The notes under the pieces are model-generated. The model did not search any database, had not been told where the DNA came from, and worked only from the letters and a program-made list of their open reading frames with translations. This document shows positions 37,694-50,929 of a DNA stretch of 64,000 bases, piece after piece; the first letter of the stretch is position 1, and each line of letters starts with the position of its first letter. The translations under genes and the position numbers were made by a program. Where the stretch lies: positions 30,134,001 to 30,198,000 of the forward strand of contig CM052816.1 in assembly GCA_028534125.1 (NCBI GenBank). Reading direction: 5' to 3'. The stretch is from Lama glama. Its lineage: Eukaryota.

Positions 37694-38341
37694 TGAAAAA
37701 ATTTTTTTGTCAGTTTGCATGTGTTAATTTCTGGTGTACAGCATAGTGATTCAGTTTTTTATACACACACATGCACACACATTCCTTTTCATATTTTTTC
37801 ATTATAGGTTATTAGAAGGTTTGAATATAGTTCCCTGTGCTATATGGTAAGACCTTGTTTGTTTTATATATAATATTTAGTATCTACAAAATCTGAACTC
37901 CTAATTTATCCCTCCATACCCCTCCTCTACCCACTGATAACCACAGATTTGTTTTCTATGTCTGTGAGTCTGATTCCATTTTATAAATAAGTTCGTTTGT
38001 GTCATTTTTTAGATTCCACATATAAATGATACTGGGTATTTTTCTTTCTCTTTCTGACTTACTCCACTCAGTATGACATTCTCCAGGTCCATCCACATTG
38101 CTGCAGGTAGCATTATTTTATTTTTTTATGCCTGACTAGTATTCTATTGTTGATCTGTATACATATATAGATCTACCTGTCTATATGTACACACCACGTC
38201 TTTTTTATCCAGGCAGCTGTTGATGGACATTTAGGTTGCTTCCATGTCTTAGCTATTGTAAATAGTGCTGCTGTGAACATTGGGGTGCATGTATCTTCTT
38301 GAGTTAAGAGTTTCCTCTGGATATATGCCCAGGAGTGGGAT
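37694..38341 (-). mobile_element. 5'-truncated cetartiodactyl-type L1 with target-site duplication
   Basis: Minus ORF contains DTCTPMFTAALFTIAKTWKQPKCPS (ORF2p C-terminus); TSD tctaacggattttct (37679-37693) / tctaacagtttttct (38342-38356). Confidence 0.95.
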
Positions 38342-38409
38342 TCTAACAGTTTTTCTAATGGGGTATCTTTTGATATTAGGAAAGAATATGAGAAAGAATT
38401 AGGGATAAT

Positions 38410-38590
38410 AGAATCAAAATCTAAATAGAAGTTCTTAGTTGAAAAGTTCTTACAAATGACCTCATCCATTACTTTCAATTGTTTTACAGGCAAGGAATCA
38501 GATCCAGAGAAGAGACTTGCTTAAGTCACAGAACCGGTAAGCAGCAAAGAGCAGAATAGATGAAAATTCTGGCTCTCTTTTCCCAATACC
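38410..38590 (-). mobile_element. MIR fragment
   Basis: 'gttttacaggcaaggaatcagatccagagaagagacttgcttaagtcacag'. Confidence 0.65.
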
Positions 38591-39439
38591 ACCAATTATT
38601 ATTTTTATTTCTACTCAATTAATTATCTGACTTGGAAAGCCATTGTCCCTACCTGTGTTTTAAGCTGTGTCCATCTTATGCCAAGACCAAAGAGTGAAGA
38701 ATAAAATATTCACATAACCCTGTTTGTTGCTAGGGAAGCATATGGTCATAGTGGTTAATTGAATGATTTTTACCTTTCTTAAAATATTATTTTGGGTGGA
38801 GGGGTAACAGATTCAGCATTCCCACTTTGAAAGCAGGTGCATGAGGAAGGATCTCAGGAGGTAAGACATTTGTGTTAATTCTTATTTTATGGTATGGTCA
38901 TTGTACAGATGGTTGTTACTCCATCATGAAATAGAAATATGAGGACTGGAGAGTATTTAAATTGCAAATAGGATGCTTTTTAATCCATCTCTAGAATTCT
39001 GATAATTCAGAGTTATTACTGTACTCCTTTGGGGAGGAGAGTCTTAGCACTTCTTTATTAGCGTTGGTTTCTGGTAATCAATCAGTAATTACATAATGAA
39101 GAGGTGAAATTGGGTGTTTAGCACAAAAATACGAAACTACCACATCCTTGTATTATCAACTCTTGACTGTGATGATCAGTGGATGGGGAAGTTAGAATTG
39201 CATTGCTCTGGGATTCTCTGAAAAGTCCAGCTGAGAAGGACCTTGAACACTGACTTCTGCTGTTGTTTGTCACTCTCTGATGTGATATTGAAAGCGATAC
39301 ATTTATATTAACTCTTCATTGTGAATAACTGTGCTGCAGAATTATTTCAACTCACTGATCTATGTCCTTGACCACAATGAACATGCTCACTGTAGTTTGT
39401 GCAAAATGAGTGAACTTTAACCTTCTCTCCATGAGGTGT

Positions 39440-40095
39440 CTGAAATGTTCAACAGTACCCAGAAATTTGGACATTGACTGAATATTTGATGCTTTTAAGA
39501 ATTTATTGAGGTATGCTTTTAGAAGTGATAGTGGTCTTGTGGTTTAGTTAAACACAAGACAGCAGGCTCCAAGTGGAGTTACTTGTGCTAAATCCTACAG
39601 CACCAAACTGAGACCTAATTACAGTTTTGGCTCCCTCAGAAATAGAGTGGTAAATCAGGAGCTGCCTGATCAGCACTAGTTAGATAACCTGCCTGATAGA
39701 CCCCCCCATACCCTAAAGGAAAGTAACCTTACCGTGCCCAGTCCACTTTTTTGCCTAGTATAACTTCCTTGTTCTTGCTCCTTCTGCCCATAAATGTCTC
39801 ATTCTGTACAGTTCTTTGGAGCTTCTTTCCATATGCTAGGTTGAATGCTGTCTGATTTGTGTGTCTTTGACTAAAACCAGTAAGACCTTTAAAATTTACT
39901 CAGTTGAATTTTGTTTTTTTAACAGATTTTTAAAAGAGTCCTTAATATTTAGAGGCATGTACAGAAGTATTCATGGGTGAAATATGTGAAATAAGACTGG
40001 CCATAAGTAGGTAATTACTGAAGAAGGACAGTCATGATAATTTTCTCTTTACATTTGCTAATGCTTAAAATTTTTATAATACAAAATTCCAAAAA
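39440..40095 (+). mobile_element. Old L1 (L1MC/L1ME) 3' end split by an LTR
   Basis: 'gtgatagtggtcttgtggtt' continues after the LTR as 'tttttaaaagagtccttaatatttagaggcatgtacagaagtattcatgggtgaaat'. Confidence 0.75.
39545..39924 (+). mobile_element. ERV1-type solo LTR
   Basis: Ends 'ttgaattttgtttttttaaCA'; TATA-like 'cataaat'; interrupts a contiguous L1 3' UTR; flanks ggtt/gatt may be a degraded 4-bp TSD. Confidence 0.8.
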
Positions 40096-40339
40096 TATAA
40101 TAGGTAAATTTTTTTTTTCCTGCTTTAGAAAAGGCTACCAGCATGGTTGGTTAAGCTCTACCAGTTAATACATTGTAGGGTCACAAATTAAAAAATCAGT
40201 TAACTCTAAAGTATCAATGCAAAAAACAAGTTTGGGGGTGGGGAGAGATTTAACAAAACAAAAACCAAGCCTACTTATTAATTCTTTACACACGTGAATT
40301 TTGTTACTGTTGAGAACATAAGAGAATATATATTACTTC

Positions 40340-40565
40340 AGTTTAATGAGAAGGTATATGACACTTTCTGTGGGCCAACCACTGTGTTAGATACTGGGGA
40401 TATAAAGGTGATCAGACATCATCTATAGTGGCGTGATAGAGGTTAGAATAAAATGCTGTGGGACCTCAAAGGAAAGAACAGTGAATTCTTCAGGGGTTGA
40501 GAATAAGGACCACAAAAAGGTGATAACTGACCTAGACTTCAGTGAGGAGGAGTCTGCTCTGTAGA
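40340..40565 (-). mobile_element. L2 fragment
   Basis: 'ctgtgggccaaccactgtgttagatactggggatataaaggtgatcagaca'. Confidence 0.65.
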
Positions 40566-41309
40566 AAAGGATTCTGTTTCTAAATAGGTTAATCAAGGAC
40601 TGTTTAATTTGCATTACGCTCTCTCTCTCTAAAACAAAGGTTCCCTAGGAAACATTCTTCCCTTCCTCAACGACTCCAGGTGGTCTCCATTGAGCCACCA
40701 TTGATAGGCGGCTCAGGTTATTGATTCATTTATTCATTTGCTCAACATAATTCCCTTGGGAGAATCAGGTAGCTAAAAATGAGAAAATGTCAGGGGGTGA
40801 TACGTTAATAGGAATAGTTTTGCCAGGTGTTGAATACAGTGTCATGGAAACGTCTCCCTAATTGATAAACTCTATTATCTGGCTTTATCCTGCTTCACTC
40901 TTGATCTAGCATCCTCAAGATCCTCTCTGGGGGACACTCTGCTGGTTCCTGTTGATAGGTGCAGGTTTGGTCCTACAGATCTTTCAACATGGAATTCCTC
41001 TTCTTTGGTAGGCCCAGCATTTCTGATTTGGGCCATATTGTGACTTGACCCCTCTTTACTGATCTGATGTCCAGGGGAGGAGGAGGAACAAATCCTGCGG
41101 CTGGCAAGCGTTGCCTTAGGAACAGCCCTGCTTTATGTGAGGTTATTTACATAGTTTTCAAGCAAGGGTGAATTGAGGGGAGAGGGCTTTATCTTCTAAC
41201 AGGAGGTGATGGTTCACGTCTGCAGCATCACAGGGATGCGGCCAATCTACAGCGTGCGTCTCAAGTGCATCTCCTCAAATAACTCCTAAATTTCTTGTTC
41301 CTTTACTCT

Positions 41310-41631
41310 CAGAACTCTCAGAGCCCTCAAAAGAGAGAGAGTGAGGAAAGTCAGGGAAGAGCACAGCAAGGAGCAAAACACAGGTGGCATTTCATTTGGA
41401 TTCTAGCTTTAGCCAGGTCCCTTGGGGAGCAAAGGGGCAGGGGCTGGTTGTGGGCGGCCCCGGGTGGGTGAAGTAGCCTGTTGGGTGAGGTGGCTTCACT
41501 TAGTCAGGGTTAGTGGGGTTAATCTCTGGAGAAGAGGCAGCTGTGAGCTGTTAGCCACCAACATTTACAGGAGCTGAGGGATGTGTGCACTGGCCTGGTA
41601 AAGGGAAACTGGATGGGCAAAGCATCGCCCA
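41310..41631 (-). mobile_element. ERVL LTR remnant (LTR33-like)
   Basis: 'gagtgaggaaagtcaggg...ggcagctgtgagctgttagccaccaaca...gcactggcctggtaaagggaaactggatgggc'. Confidence 0.65.
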
Positions 41632-42079
41632 TGTCGTTGAAAAGTTAATCACTCGATCTAAGAAAGAAATGGAAAATTTTATTTGAGCCAGATTGAGTAT
41701 TATAACCTGGGAGCAGCCTCTGAGAAGCCTCCGAGAACTGTTCCGCCTGTTAGTGGTCAGAGCACAGTTATTTAAGTTTTTTGAAACAGAAGGCTGAACA
41801 TTAAATGACATATTACTGACAATTTACAGAATCCAGATCTCCACGTGCCAAGTGAGTAGTGGGTCACGGGTCATCATGGGCCCTGACAAGACTAGGAAGG
41901 AAGATTATCCCCTAAGGAACTGGGATCCTTGATGAGATTAAGAAGGAATATCACCCCCTAAGGACACACACAAAATGCGGAATACACACAAAAGGGAAGG
42001 GAGGAGACCCAAATGGGCAAAGAAAAATTTTGTGTTTAAATTTTTTTTCTTGCTAGAAAATACGAATTTAATTTTATTA
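41632..42079 (-). mobile_element. ERV1-type solo LTR, related to 61761-62222
   Basis: Starts TGTCGTTGAAAA; antisense AATAAA; reverse complement aligns by eye with the 61761 copy; flanks ccca/ccct. Confidence 0.85.
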
Positions 42080-42179
42080 CCCTCTAAAAACCTCATTCTA
42101 GGCTTTGGTTTTTTTCTTGCTCCTATTTCTTCCATTTCTGAAGTTATGTTTATCTAGTTCTTTAAAAATTTGGTCTGTT

Positions 42180-42720
42180 CTTCTTCATGCGTTCAGTAAG
42201 ACAGCAGGAACATCTACTACATGCTGGACACTGATAACCAATGGGGATGCACTAGTGAGCAGGCCAGGTACGGTCCTTGTCCCTGCGCAGCATGCATTCC
42301 AGTGGCCAAAGAAGACAATGAGCAATGTAATTTCAGATGGTTTTAAATAGTAGTAAGAAAATAAACTAGGCATTATGATAGTGATTGTGGGGTGTTAATG
42401 AGGATGCAGTTTTATATGCGGTTTATAAACTAATCTTGCCTGAGCCTAAGGCATGGTTGAAGGTGGATGAGGAAAGGACAGAACAGCAGCGGAAGGAGCA
42501 CGTCTGTGCCGGCAGCAGAGGTCTGGGGGAGCTCAGCGTGTGTATGTTCCAGAGTACTGATTATATCTGAAATTCCTTAAAGATGAATGTTGAGTAGTGG
42601 CTTTGTTTGATATTTATCAGCTAGCAAGACATGAGGGAGCATGCAAAATGTAGTAAAGAGTTTAGATTTTTTTCCTCTGAAGTAGTGAGAAACTGCTGAA
42701 GGTCTTTAAGCAGTAAATGG
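42180..42720 (-). mobile_element. L2 fragment
   Basis: 'gaacatctactacatgctggacactg...gtaaagagtttagatttttttcctctgaagtagtgagaaactgctgaaggtctttaagcag'. Confidence 0.75.
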
Positions 42721-42779
42721 ATTATGAATCTGTTCAGGGAGACTGTCTATGTGTATAATGTTCATGTAGACATGTTTAT

Positions 42780-43310
42780 AAGTATATGTGTATATATGTA
42801 TAAATAGGTAGGTATATTTTAAAATTAGACTAATACACTCTGCTTTTCATGTAGTACATCTAGTAGATAATTCCATTTAAGTATATATATCTGCCTTCTT
42901 TATTTAGATTAGATAGTATTCTGTTTTGGATGTAATTTACTTAACTTCTTCACCTTGATAGATATTTACTTTATTTCTAATCCTCTCCTAACACAGTGAG
43001 TTCTGCCATGAATATTCTTGAACGTGTGTACTTGTGTACCTGTCTAAATATATTAGTGGGATACATTCTTAGAAATGGAGTGTGGTGTCAAATCCTACAT
43101 TCCACAGATTTTGCCAAGCAGCCCTCCATAGAGTTTGTACCAATTCACATTCCCATCAACAGGATATGAGAATGCCTTTTTTCCCCCTCATTTCTTAACC
43201 AAACACTGTTACCATCAGACTTTTTGATATTGATGATCAGACTTTCTAACCTGAATTGGATGTATGATATATCATTTTAATTTGAATTTGTCTTATTAGG
43301 AGTGTGAGTA
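42780..43310 (-). mobile_element. L1ME-like fragment
   Basis: 'gggatacattcttagaaatggag...ttgccaagcagccctccatagagtttgtaccaattcacattcccatcaacaggatatgagaatgcc'. Confidence 0.8.
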
Positions 43311-43629
43311 CACACGTGCGCGCACACACGAATATAAATAGGCTTAAAAGTTACTGGATTGCAGAAGGGGATATATTTGAGAGGTATTTAGAAGGCAAAA
43401 TCAAAATATCAAAAAGTCAGTGAGAAGATCAGGCCTGGATCCCTTATCTCCAAAATTATAAACCAGTGAAAGTTAAGTCCCTATGGTTTTCCCAAGAATC
43501 AAATCAAAGGCTACCTTCTCTAGGATAAATTCCCTGACTGCTCCAGAAAGGTGAGTTGCTCCCTCCTCATGCTCCATTTGCCCTCTGCACATGCATCTGC
43601 TCAAGTCCTTACTGCATAATGTGTGCGTG

Positions 43630-44720
43630 TTTAAAAAAATTATTTCAAAGTCTTACATACTTGTAAAAATCGTAAAAATCTAAACAGTATAGGAGTGCCT
43701 GCTGTAAGCAGATTAAGTTCTCATTTTGTTCTTTTAAATCTACCTCTTGAAGGGAATTCTTTAGGGACTTGTACAAATGCCCAAACTTCCATTATTATAT
43801 TCTTTGCTTATACAAATATAAAGTACATTTGTACATATATCTAGAAACAATATCATGATCAGATAGTATATACTGTTGACTTGTTTTTTTTCAACAATAG
43901 TGTAATCATTTTTAAGTTAATACATAAAGTCTGTCTTACCCTTTTTAGGATCTCAGAGAGCATTCTGTTGAATAGGTATGACCTAATTGATCAAAATATT
44001 TCTTTATAAACAGGCACTTTGGGCTGTCCCCAGTTTTTTTCTTACCATTTATAATGCTCCTATAAATCTATCTATATATCTTGAAGTACTTGGCACTTTT
44101 ATTTCATTTGGACACATTCCCAGAGTAGGATTTTGGGGTCAAGGTGTAGGCAGTTTTAAAGTTCAGTAAATATTTCCAAATTATTTCCAAAAATCTGTCC
44201 TAATTTATGATCTCACCTACAGGGTCTGAGAGGAAATACTTCCTGTGGCTTTAACAGTGCTGAATGCTGTCAGTCTTTCAAGATCGTGTCAAATTATTGG
44301 ATAAAAGTTTGATACTTTCTTGTTTTTATAATTTGCATATTTTTCTGACCACTACTGAGACTGTGATTCTTTAGCATTTCCTCACATGTAAGACACCTTT
44401 TCATGGCATTTGTCCATTTGTATAGTGTATAGTTTATCCATTTTAGAGCATTCTTGCTTATTTGAGATATTTAGGGTTTTAAAGTGTTTTCTTCTAATCT
44501 TTCATGTTTAGACTTTGCTTATGGGATCTTGGGCCATGTCTATATATCTTTTCTTCATGGAGATATTTTCCACATTTTCTTTTTTTGGCTCATAAGTATC
44601 TACTGGTACTTAAGATCTTCCTAAGTATAAGGTTATAAAATATTCTCCTAGATTTATTCTCAAAGTTTTACAACTTTTCTTCTAACATGTAGTTCTTAGA
44701 TACACCTGTAGTGAAAATTT
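43630..44720 (-). mobile_element. L1ME-like fragment
   Basis: 'ggacacattcccagagtaggattttggggtcaaggtgtagg...tttccaaattatttccaaaaatctgtcctaatttatgatctcacc'. Confidence 0.75.
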
Positions 44721-45272
44721 TGATAGAGTACATTAATATTAAAGTTTTCCAGCTAATGAGAGAATTTATGAAAAATAATCCCAGGGAGTTCTAAGAATGA
44801 GGAAACTGAGGTTTACTGAAGCCAAGTGACTTGCCAAGATTACCCAGGTTAATTGTTTATGGCTTGCTTTTATTTTCTTTTCTCTCTGGAATTTGAGGTC
44901 ATGTGAGTAAAGACCTTGGATGTATTATTCACTTCTATATTATTGACACCTGACACTCAATAAATATGAAGGAGTAAGTTCTCTGGATCATTAGACATGA
45001 CTATATCTGCCTTTTGCTCTAAGAAATACTGTCACTGTGGTGATGCTGATTAGTTACACCATAGGTAGGAGGGTTTCCCTCTGTGGGGATGCCCGAGTAG
45101 GAAAAACATAAATGATTCCGAGCCAGATCAAGTATCAGTGTTGCTAGCCAAGGAATCTCAAGTTTCCTTATGAAGAAAAGGGAGTCCAAAGGGTTCAGAG
45201 AAAGGAGGGAGTGGGGCTGGGGATGAGGTGACTGTCTTGGTTAAGTAGAGTCAAATAGAGTGGCACCAGCCC

Positions 45273-45284
45273 CAGGTCATCTGG

Positions 45285-45321
<37 letters not shown>

Positions 45322-45375
45322 CATCTGGATTACACACACACACACACACACGCATGTGCGCACACACACATGCAC
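45273..45375. repeat. Duplicated unit caggtcatctggatta+(CA)n
   Basis: Identical 16-mer at 45273 and 45317, each followed by a CA run. Confidence 0.95.
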
Positions 45376-45539
45376 ACTACAAGAAGCAATAGTTGGATAC
45401 ACTACAGAGGAGATTATACCCCATACAGGGAGCTGGGATGTTGCTCTGGTTTCACCATTAATAATCTCTCACTTAGCTCCAGTGGTTCTCAATTTCCTCA
45501 TTCCTAAAATTAATCTAATACTAGGTTACATAAGCTTCC

Positions 45540-45780
45540 TAATATTTACTGAGTACTTATTGCATATAATATTATTTCACTCACTCATTGTAATTATTAC
45601 ACTTGCTCTCTATCACTCATGATTTTTAAAATAAGCTTCGTGAAGAAAATATACTTACTAAAATTTTACAGGTGAGAAAGCAACGTCTGAAGGTCATTTA
45701 ACCTGTGAGTAGCAGAGTTTGTCTCCCCAGTTGTGTCTGAGTCTCCGTGGCCCACAGTGTTTCTAGTTCTAACACGTGAA
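45540..45780 (-). mobile_element. MIR SINE
   Basis: 'aatatttactgagtacttat...aattttacaggtgagaaagcaacgtctgaagg...gagtagcagag'. Confidence 0.6.
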
Positions 45781-48330
45781 AGTTGGCACCAGATGAAATA
45801 AACAGCAGTGGCATTACCTGTCTGTGGGCAGAAGTCCCTTAGATGTTTCAGTCTCCTTAGATTCTTGAACTTTGCCACGTGGTAACCATTTCATGGTTCA
45901 CTTGTCCCCAAATGTGTCGGTCTTTCAGGTTTCTCAGGTCTTGGGAAACTGGCAACTATAGTAAACTCGATTATTACTGAGATGTTGGAAAACAAAGAAA
46001 ATAATGGTTCCTTAGCCCATACCTTCCTCATAGTAATTCCTCTCCTACGTCTTAATTAAAGCAGACAGTAGAAGAATCACACAAGGCTGAGAGGGCTGGG
46101 AATCACGCTATAGGACCACAGAACTTGGAGCCCGAAGCAGCAATCATCAGTCGCAAAGAACTGAACCCACAGAGGTCTTCGGCAGAGACTTTGTCACATT
46201 TTCAGTATGGATCAGGGAAGAGAGAAAATCTAAGTGCATAAAACCTCATGTGGTCATTGAGTTCTTAAGATAATCTTGTAGCTTTAAAAATAATGAGTCA
46301 TGAAGTACCAGTGAGTTTCCACATAGTTCCATCAGAGTCTCTCTGCCTTCAGACATAGCAACACTTTTCCTCTACGCTTCTTGTGAACTGCAGAGTTGTG
46401 GTCGGTAGTCCTAGTAGAAAACTCCATCAGGAGACATAAGCTGCCGCCATACTGTGCTGTGATTTAAAACGGCAGCCGAAGGATCATGTTGTACATCCCC
46501 CTGGACACAGTGAAACAAACGAGTGTACTGACATTCTTCAGAGGTGTGGCTTTGGTGTGCTCAGACACAAGGCCCAAGCATCAGTGTCAAATCCTGCTTG
46601 GTTAAACTCTGCTTCATCAAAGATTAGCTACCTGTTTTGCTTTTGAATAATTAGGTAGAAAACCTAAAATTCTGACTGGTACTTCATCTTCATGCTGAAT
46701 ATGGGACAGGAGATGTTCTTTCTGAAGTGTCCAGATGTGTTTACCTGCAGTAGTTTCATTTATCTCAGAAGTACTTGTCAACAGCACTCCGCCCCAAACT
46801 CTCTCAAACACCTTGCCTGGCATTTAATCTTTGTTTCTGTTTGCATCACATAAATGCTAAAAGACACAAATAGGCAAATCATATGTAAGGCCAAAGATTT
46901 AATTTTTCAATTTTATGTTCACGGTCACTGATCCCCATTTCTCTTCTCACTGTTTCTTCGTCCAGAAGCCTGTGTCCTGCTTAAAAATACACATAAATGA
47001 CAGAACCTCTGATTTCCTAGGGTGGATAAAACCGTGTTCTCTGGGAAAAGATTCTGAGGCAGGTAATATTGGTAGAGGGCTCTGGCAGGTGTCACATCAT
47101 GCCACCTCGAGTCACAGGTAGAGGGGTTGGGGGTGCCTGAGGCTCATGGTCTTGTGGAGAGGGACACTGGGCCCATAGGCCAGATGCATCCAGCTCTTGC
47201 TACACTCTGTCTCTTGACAGGATGGACTTAAAGGTTGGGGGTGGTCTTCATAAGCATGAAAATAGTCTTGCCAGCCAGTGCAGAGGCCTTGCAGATGGTC
47301 TGTGCTTCTAGCACCAGGAGACCTTGGGGGACACTTAGGCCATAGGCAGTCCCCTCTGCTGCAGTTTCTTGGCAGACACCCAGGAAAGAGCCACTGAAGC
47401 CATCCTGTGATCATCCCTCTCTCCATACAGTGACAATATACTTCCTGTTTAGTAAGAAGGGGAAAATTAAGAAACCAGTTCCTCTCCTGGGTGGTTAAGG
47501 AAAGCACACCATTGATGGAAGTGTATTTTGAGGTACTTAATGCCTGGAACCTTCTTCTCCCTGTGAACCATATTTCTCTCTCTCCATCATGCAGTGTGTG
47601 CTAGTGATTTTAATGCAATTTAACACTAAAACAATCAAATGGGAATCTTCAAGAGTGTGCAAATTTATTGCTTCAGTGTTTGAGTATACACAAAAGGCCT
47701 CCTCTTTTTCAGTTCGCTTGAGTAATTCTCATAAATGTCAACAGGAGCTGTGAATGCATATCAAGGAAAAATAAAATGCATTTGAAAACCCTTCAACGGA
47801 TCATTCACACAGACCCTGTTTTGTGCATGTGTTATAACAACATGAAATTTGCTCTTATTCTTTTCTCGGAGTTGAGGCCATATGCGTCAGTGCTCATTTC
47901 TTTAAATGTCATGATTGTACATTTTCTGCATTGAAAAAATTAATCAGAAATGTAGATGTAGCCAAAAGTCAATTTCAGGCCAAGTTCCGTGGTGTAGGAA
48001 GAGTATGTTACTGATGGCATTTTCTTTGCTGGGGTTGTGGTCATGACTTTTTCAAAAACTGCAGTTTTGAGATTGACAATGCATCATCATAATCCTTTTT
48101 TTCATGCAGGAAACACCCACTTAAGATAGTTTTCTTTTTTCCTCTGAGTTCCCGTAGGCAGATAATTTTCACAATCAAGTTGCATAGAAACCCTTTATTC
48201 ATAAAGGATAACATCTGAGATGTATCAATGAAACTTTCATGACCTCTGCTCTTTTAAGCAGTGACTTTGAAACTGCCCAAGTCTTTTCCTTGAAAAAGAT
48301 CAAAAACAGCGCCTGCATATGGGGAGAGAG

Positions 48331-48362
48331 GTGTGTGTGTGTGTGTCTCTGTGTGTGTGTGT
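48331..48362. repeat. Interrupted (TG)n microsatellite
   Basis: Seen directly in sequence. Confidence 0.9.
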
Positions 48363-49959
48363 ACATGTTATTAGAACGAGAAGTCTTGCAGTGATGGCCT
48401 GAAATCCTTGAGGGCAGAGGCCACAGCTCTTCAGTCAGCAATGTAGTCTTGATACCTATAGCTGGGTGTGGCATGGAGCGAGCGTCTATGAATGTTTGGA
48501 AAATACATTTTGCAAATGGTGTTGTGAAAGCCTCCAGACTCCCTGTGTAGGCAGTGTCAGCCTACCTGTAAATTCACAACAGTTTGTATTTGAGGGTCAA
48601 AATGTTGTCTTTCAGTCTTATTTTCCAAGAATATCTTGACATGGTCAAGACAAATGAGTGGATATTTATTTGCCTTACAAGTTTTGCGTTGTTTACGTTC
48701 CTGTTTATTAGAAGCGATATTGTAAAAACTAAATGATGACAGACCTTGTTTTGACAGTATACTAAAAATGTTTGGTTAAAAGGAGAAGAAGAATTGGGGC
48801 AGAAATGTTTTAATATCCAGGCCATATATTGCAATTTATATTAAAGAGCAGTCATAAAAGCATCATCAGTGATTTCACATAGAATGAATACGGAGATCAT
48901 TTAGTGTAGCCGTTTATCAGCTAAAGTCCATGTGGGTGTAGCTGGAGCCAGCTACCTAACACGCAGTGATGTCCTTGGTCTTCTTTCCCAGTGGGAAAGA
49001 TCTGTTAGAAATTCTACTTGTGATAGAGATACAGCAGCAGTGCCCACTGACTAGAGAGGTTACATAAGGAGTGGGGCATCTGGGTTTTTAAAATTCTACC
49101 TTGGTTCCAGCATACTCAGAAATTCCTGTCTCTGCTTCAGAAACATGCTTTATGAGACCTTGACATTTTACGGCCACAGAAGTTTCCTTAAGCACTTGCG
49201 CAGAACTTTTTATTCAGATTTGGGAGAAAGAATATATGATTTATTTTGTTATTATAAAAGTTAGAATATAGGAAAACAGTGATTTAAGAAGGAACACACA
49301 TTAGATATGTATAGTATTCTGTTTCTCTGGCTCCTTTTTTTTAAGTAGACCCAAATTAGTATGGAAAACTTGCAACTTAATTCCCTTTTTATTACCTTAA
49401 ATTTAAGGAATCATAATACAGTAGGAGATTAGAAGAACATTTTCTAAAAGTTATATAACATCAGAGAATGCTTCCTATAAGGAGATTTTGGGATTTAAAT
49501 GCCTGATTTCCTACTATTTCTTTGTCTTTTTGTAAAAGCTCATTTTTCTAGATACATGCTGATAAAATTTACAAAAATAAGGCCACAAAGAGGGTTGTTT
49601 TTACATACAGATGAGAAAAGAAAGACTGTTTAATTTGGAAATTGAGGTTTTCTTGCCTTCTCTTGTTTGCTTGCGTTAATGGAGTCAGTTTTACTCAGCC
49701 TAAGCTAGGACTGAGGAAAACGTCAGATATATTCCCTTATGAAACTTCAGGAATAATGCAGAATTAAGAACTCCAGAAATTTTTACAGTGGTTCTGAATG
49801 TTTTCCCCGAGAACAGGAAGTCACTGTGAACTTAAAAATGTGGAAAAGACTTCTAATTGTGACCATGTTGGGCTCTGAAAAGCTATGAATCCATTTTTAA
49901 AGCTCATTTCTTTCTGTGAATAGTGACTGAAATGAACTTCAACTTGCTGTCTCTCCATG

Positions 49960-50650
49960 CATTACATCCAGTACTCATGCCTTCAATAAATATTTTTTGA
50001 GCACCTACTCTGAACTTGGTACAGTCATAGCCATTGGGGATGCAGTAATAAAAGTAGAGAAATAGATATATCTTTAATATAATGTTAGGAAATGAGAAAG
50101 GACTATAAATAAAAATAAAATATGAAGGGACATAAAGATGACAGGGGCTGTGATTTTACATTTGGTGGCCAGGAAAGATTTCTCTGAGGAGGTGATATTT
50201 GAACAGGAACATGAGTGAGGTGATGAATAAAGTGAGGATGTGAACCGTGTGTATATCTGGAGGATTAATGTTCCAGAGAAAGTTAACCACGGGTGGAGAC
50301 AGCCTAAGGCATCTGTTTGTTTGGTGTGTTGAAAGGCTGTGAGGGAGGGGGAAAGGGTATAAAGAGAGATCAGAGGGGTAGCCAGGCTCCATATCACGTA
50401 GGGCCTTCTGGGAGTGGGAGGCCGTGGGTTTGTGTTCTAAGCGTTATCACGTGGGCTGTATAGGAATTTAAAAGTAGAAGCACAAACTCTGTTTAGAAGG
50501 TTAATGTCCACCTCAACTGGAGGTGACAGTGGACTGGACCAGTGAGATAATGGTGAAGCTGGTAAGAAGTGATTGGGTTTGTTGGTTGACTGAGTGTGGG
50601 TTAGAGAAATGGCACTGAGGAGAGTTTGAGAATTTCCAGCTGAGTATTTT
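49960..50650 (-). mobile_element. L2 fragment including 3' end
   Basis: 'ttcaataaatattttttgagcacctactctg...ggtggccaggaaagatttctctgaggaggtgatatttgaacag'. Confidence 0.85.
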
Positions 50651-50929
50651 CAAGCTGAGTGTTTTCAGATATTGTTACTCTTGAGTAAATAGATTTTATT
50701 AGGCTTTAAAAATATGCAGTAAAAAATAGGATAGCGTTATCTGCTCTGACAGTCTGTTAAGTTTGGTAAACACCCCCAGATGATCTCTGCCCCTTTTTCA
50801 TTTTTGCCATCTGGCCTGTTCTTCCTTAGAACCCTAGCCTTCTGCTAAATTAATATTAAGCCAATAGGCACTCAAGTGGATCTTCCTGATAAAATCCAAT
50901 TCACAAACCATGTTCCTTCATTGCTGAGT

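Noticed and set aside
45260..45622. 120-aa ORF with His-Thr repeats
   Set aside because: Produced by the (CA)n microsatellite and runs into a MIR
47010..47430. GC-richer segment and 131-aa minus ORF, possibly an old LTR
   Set aside because: Could not match a family or a protein with enough confidence to list
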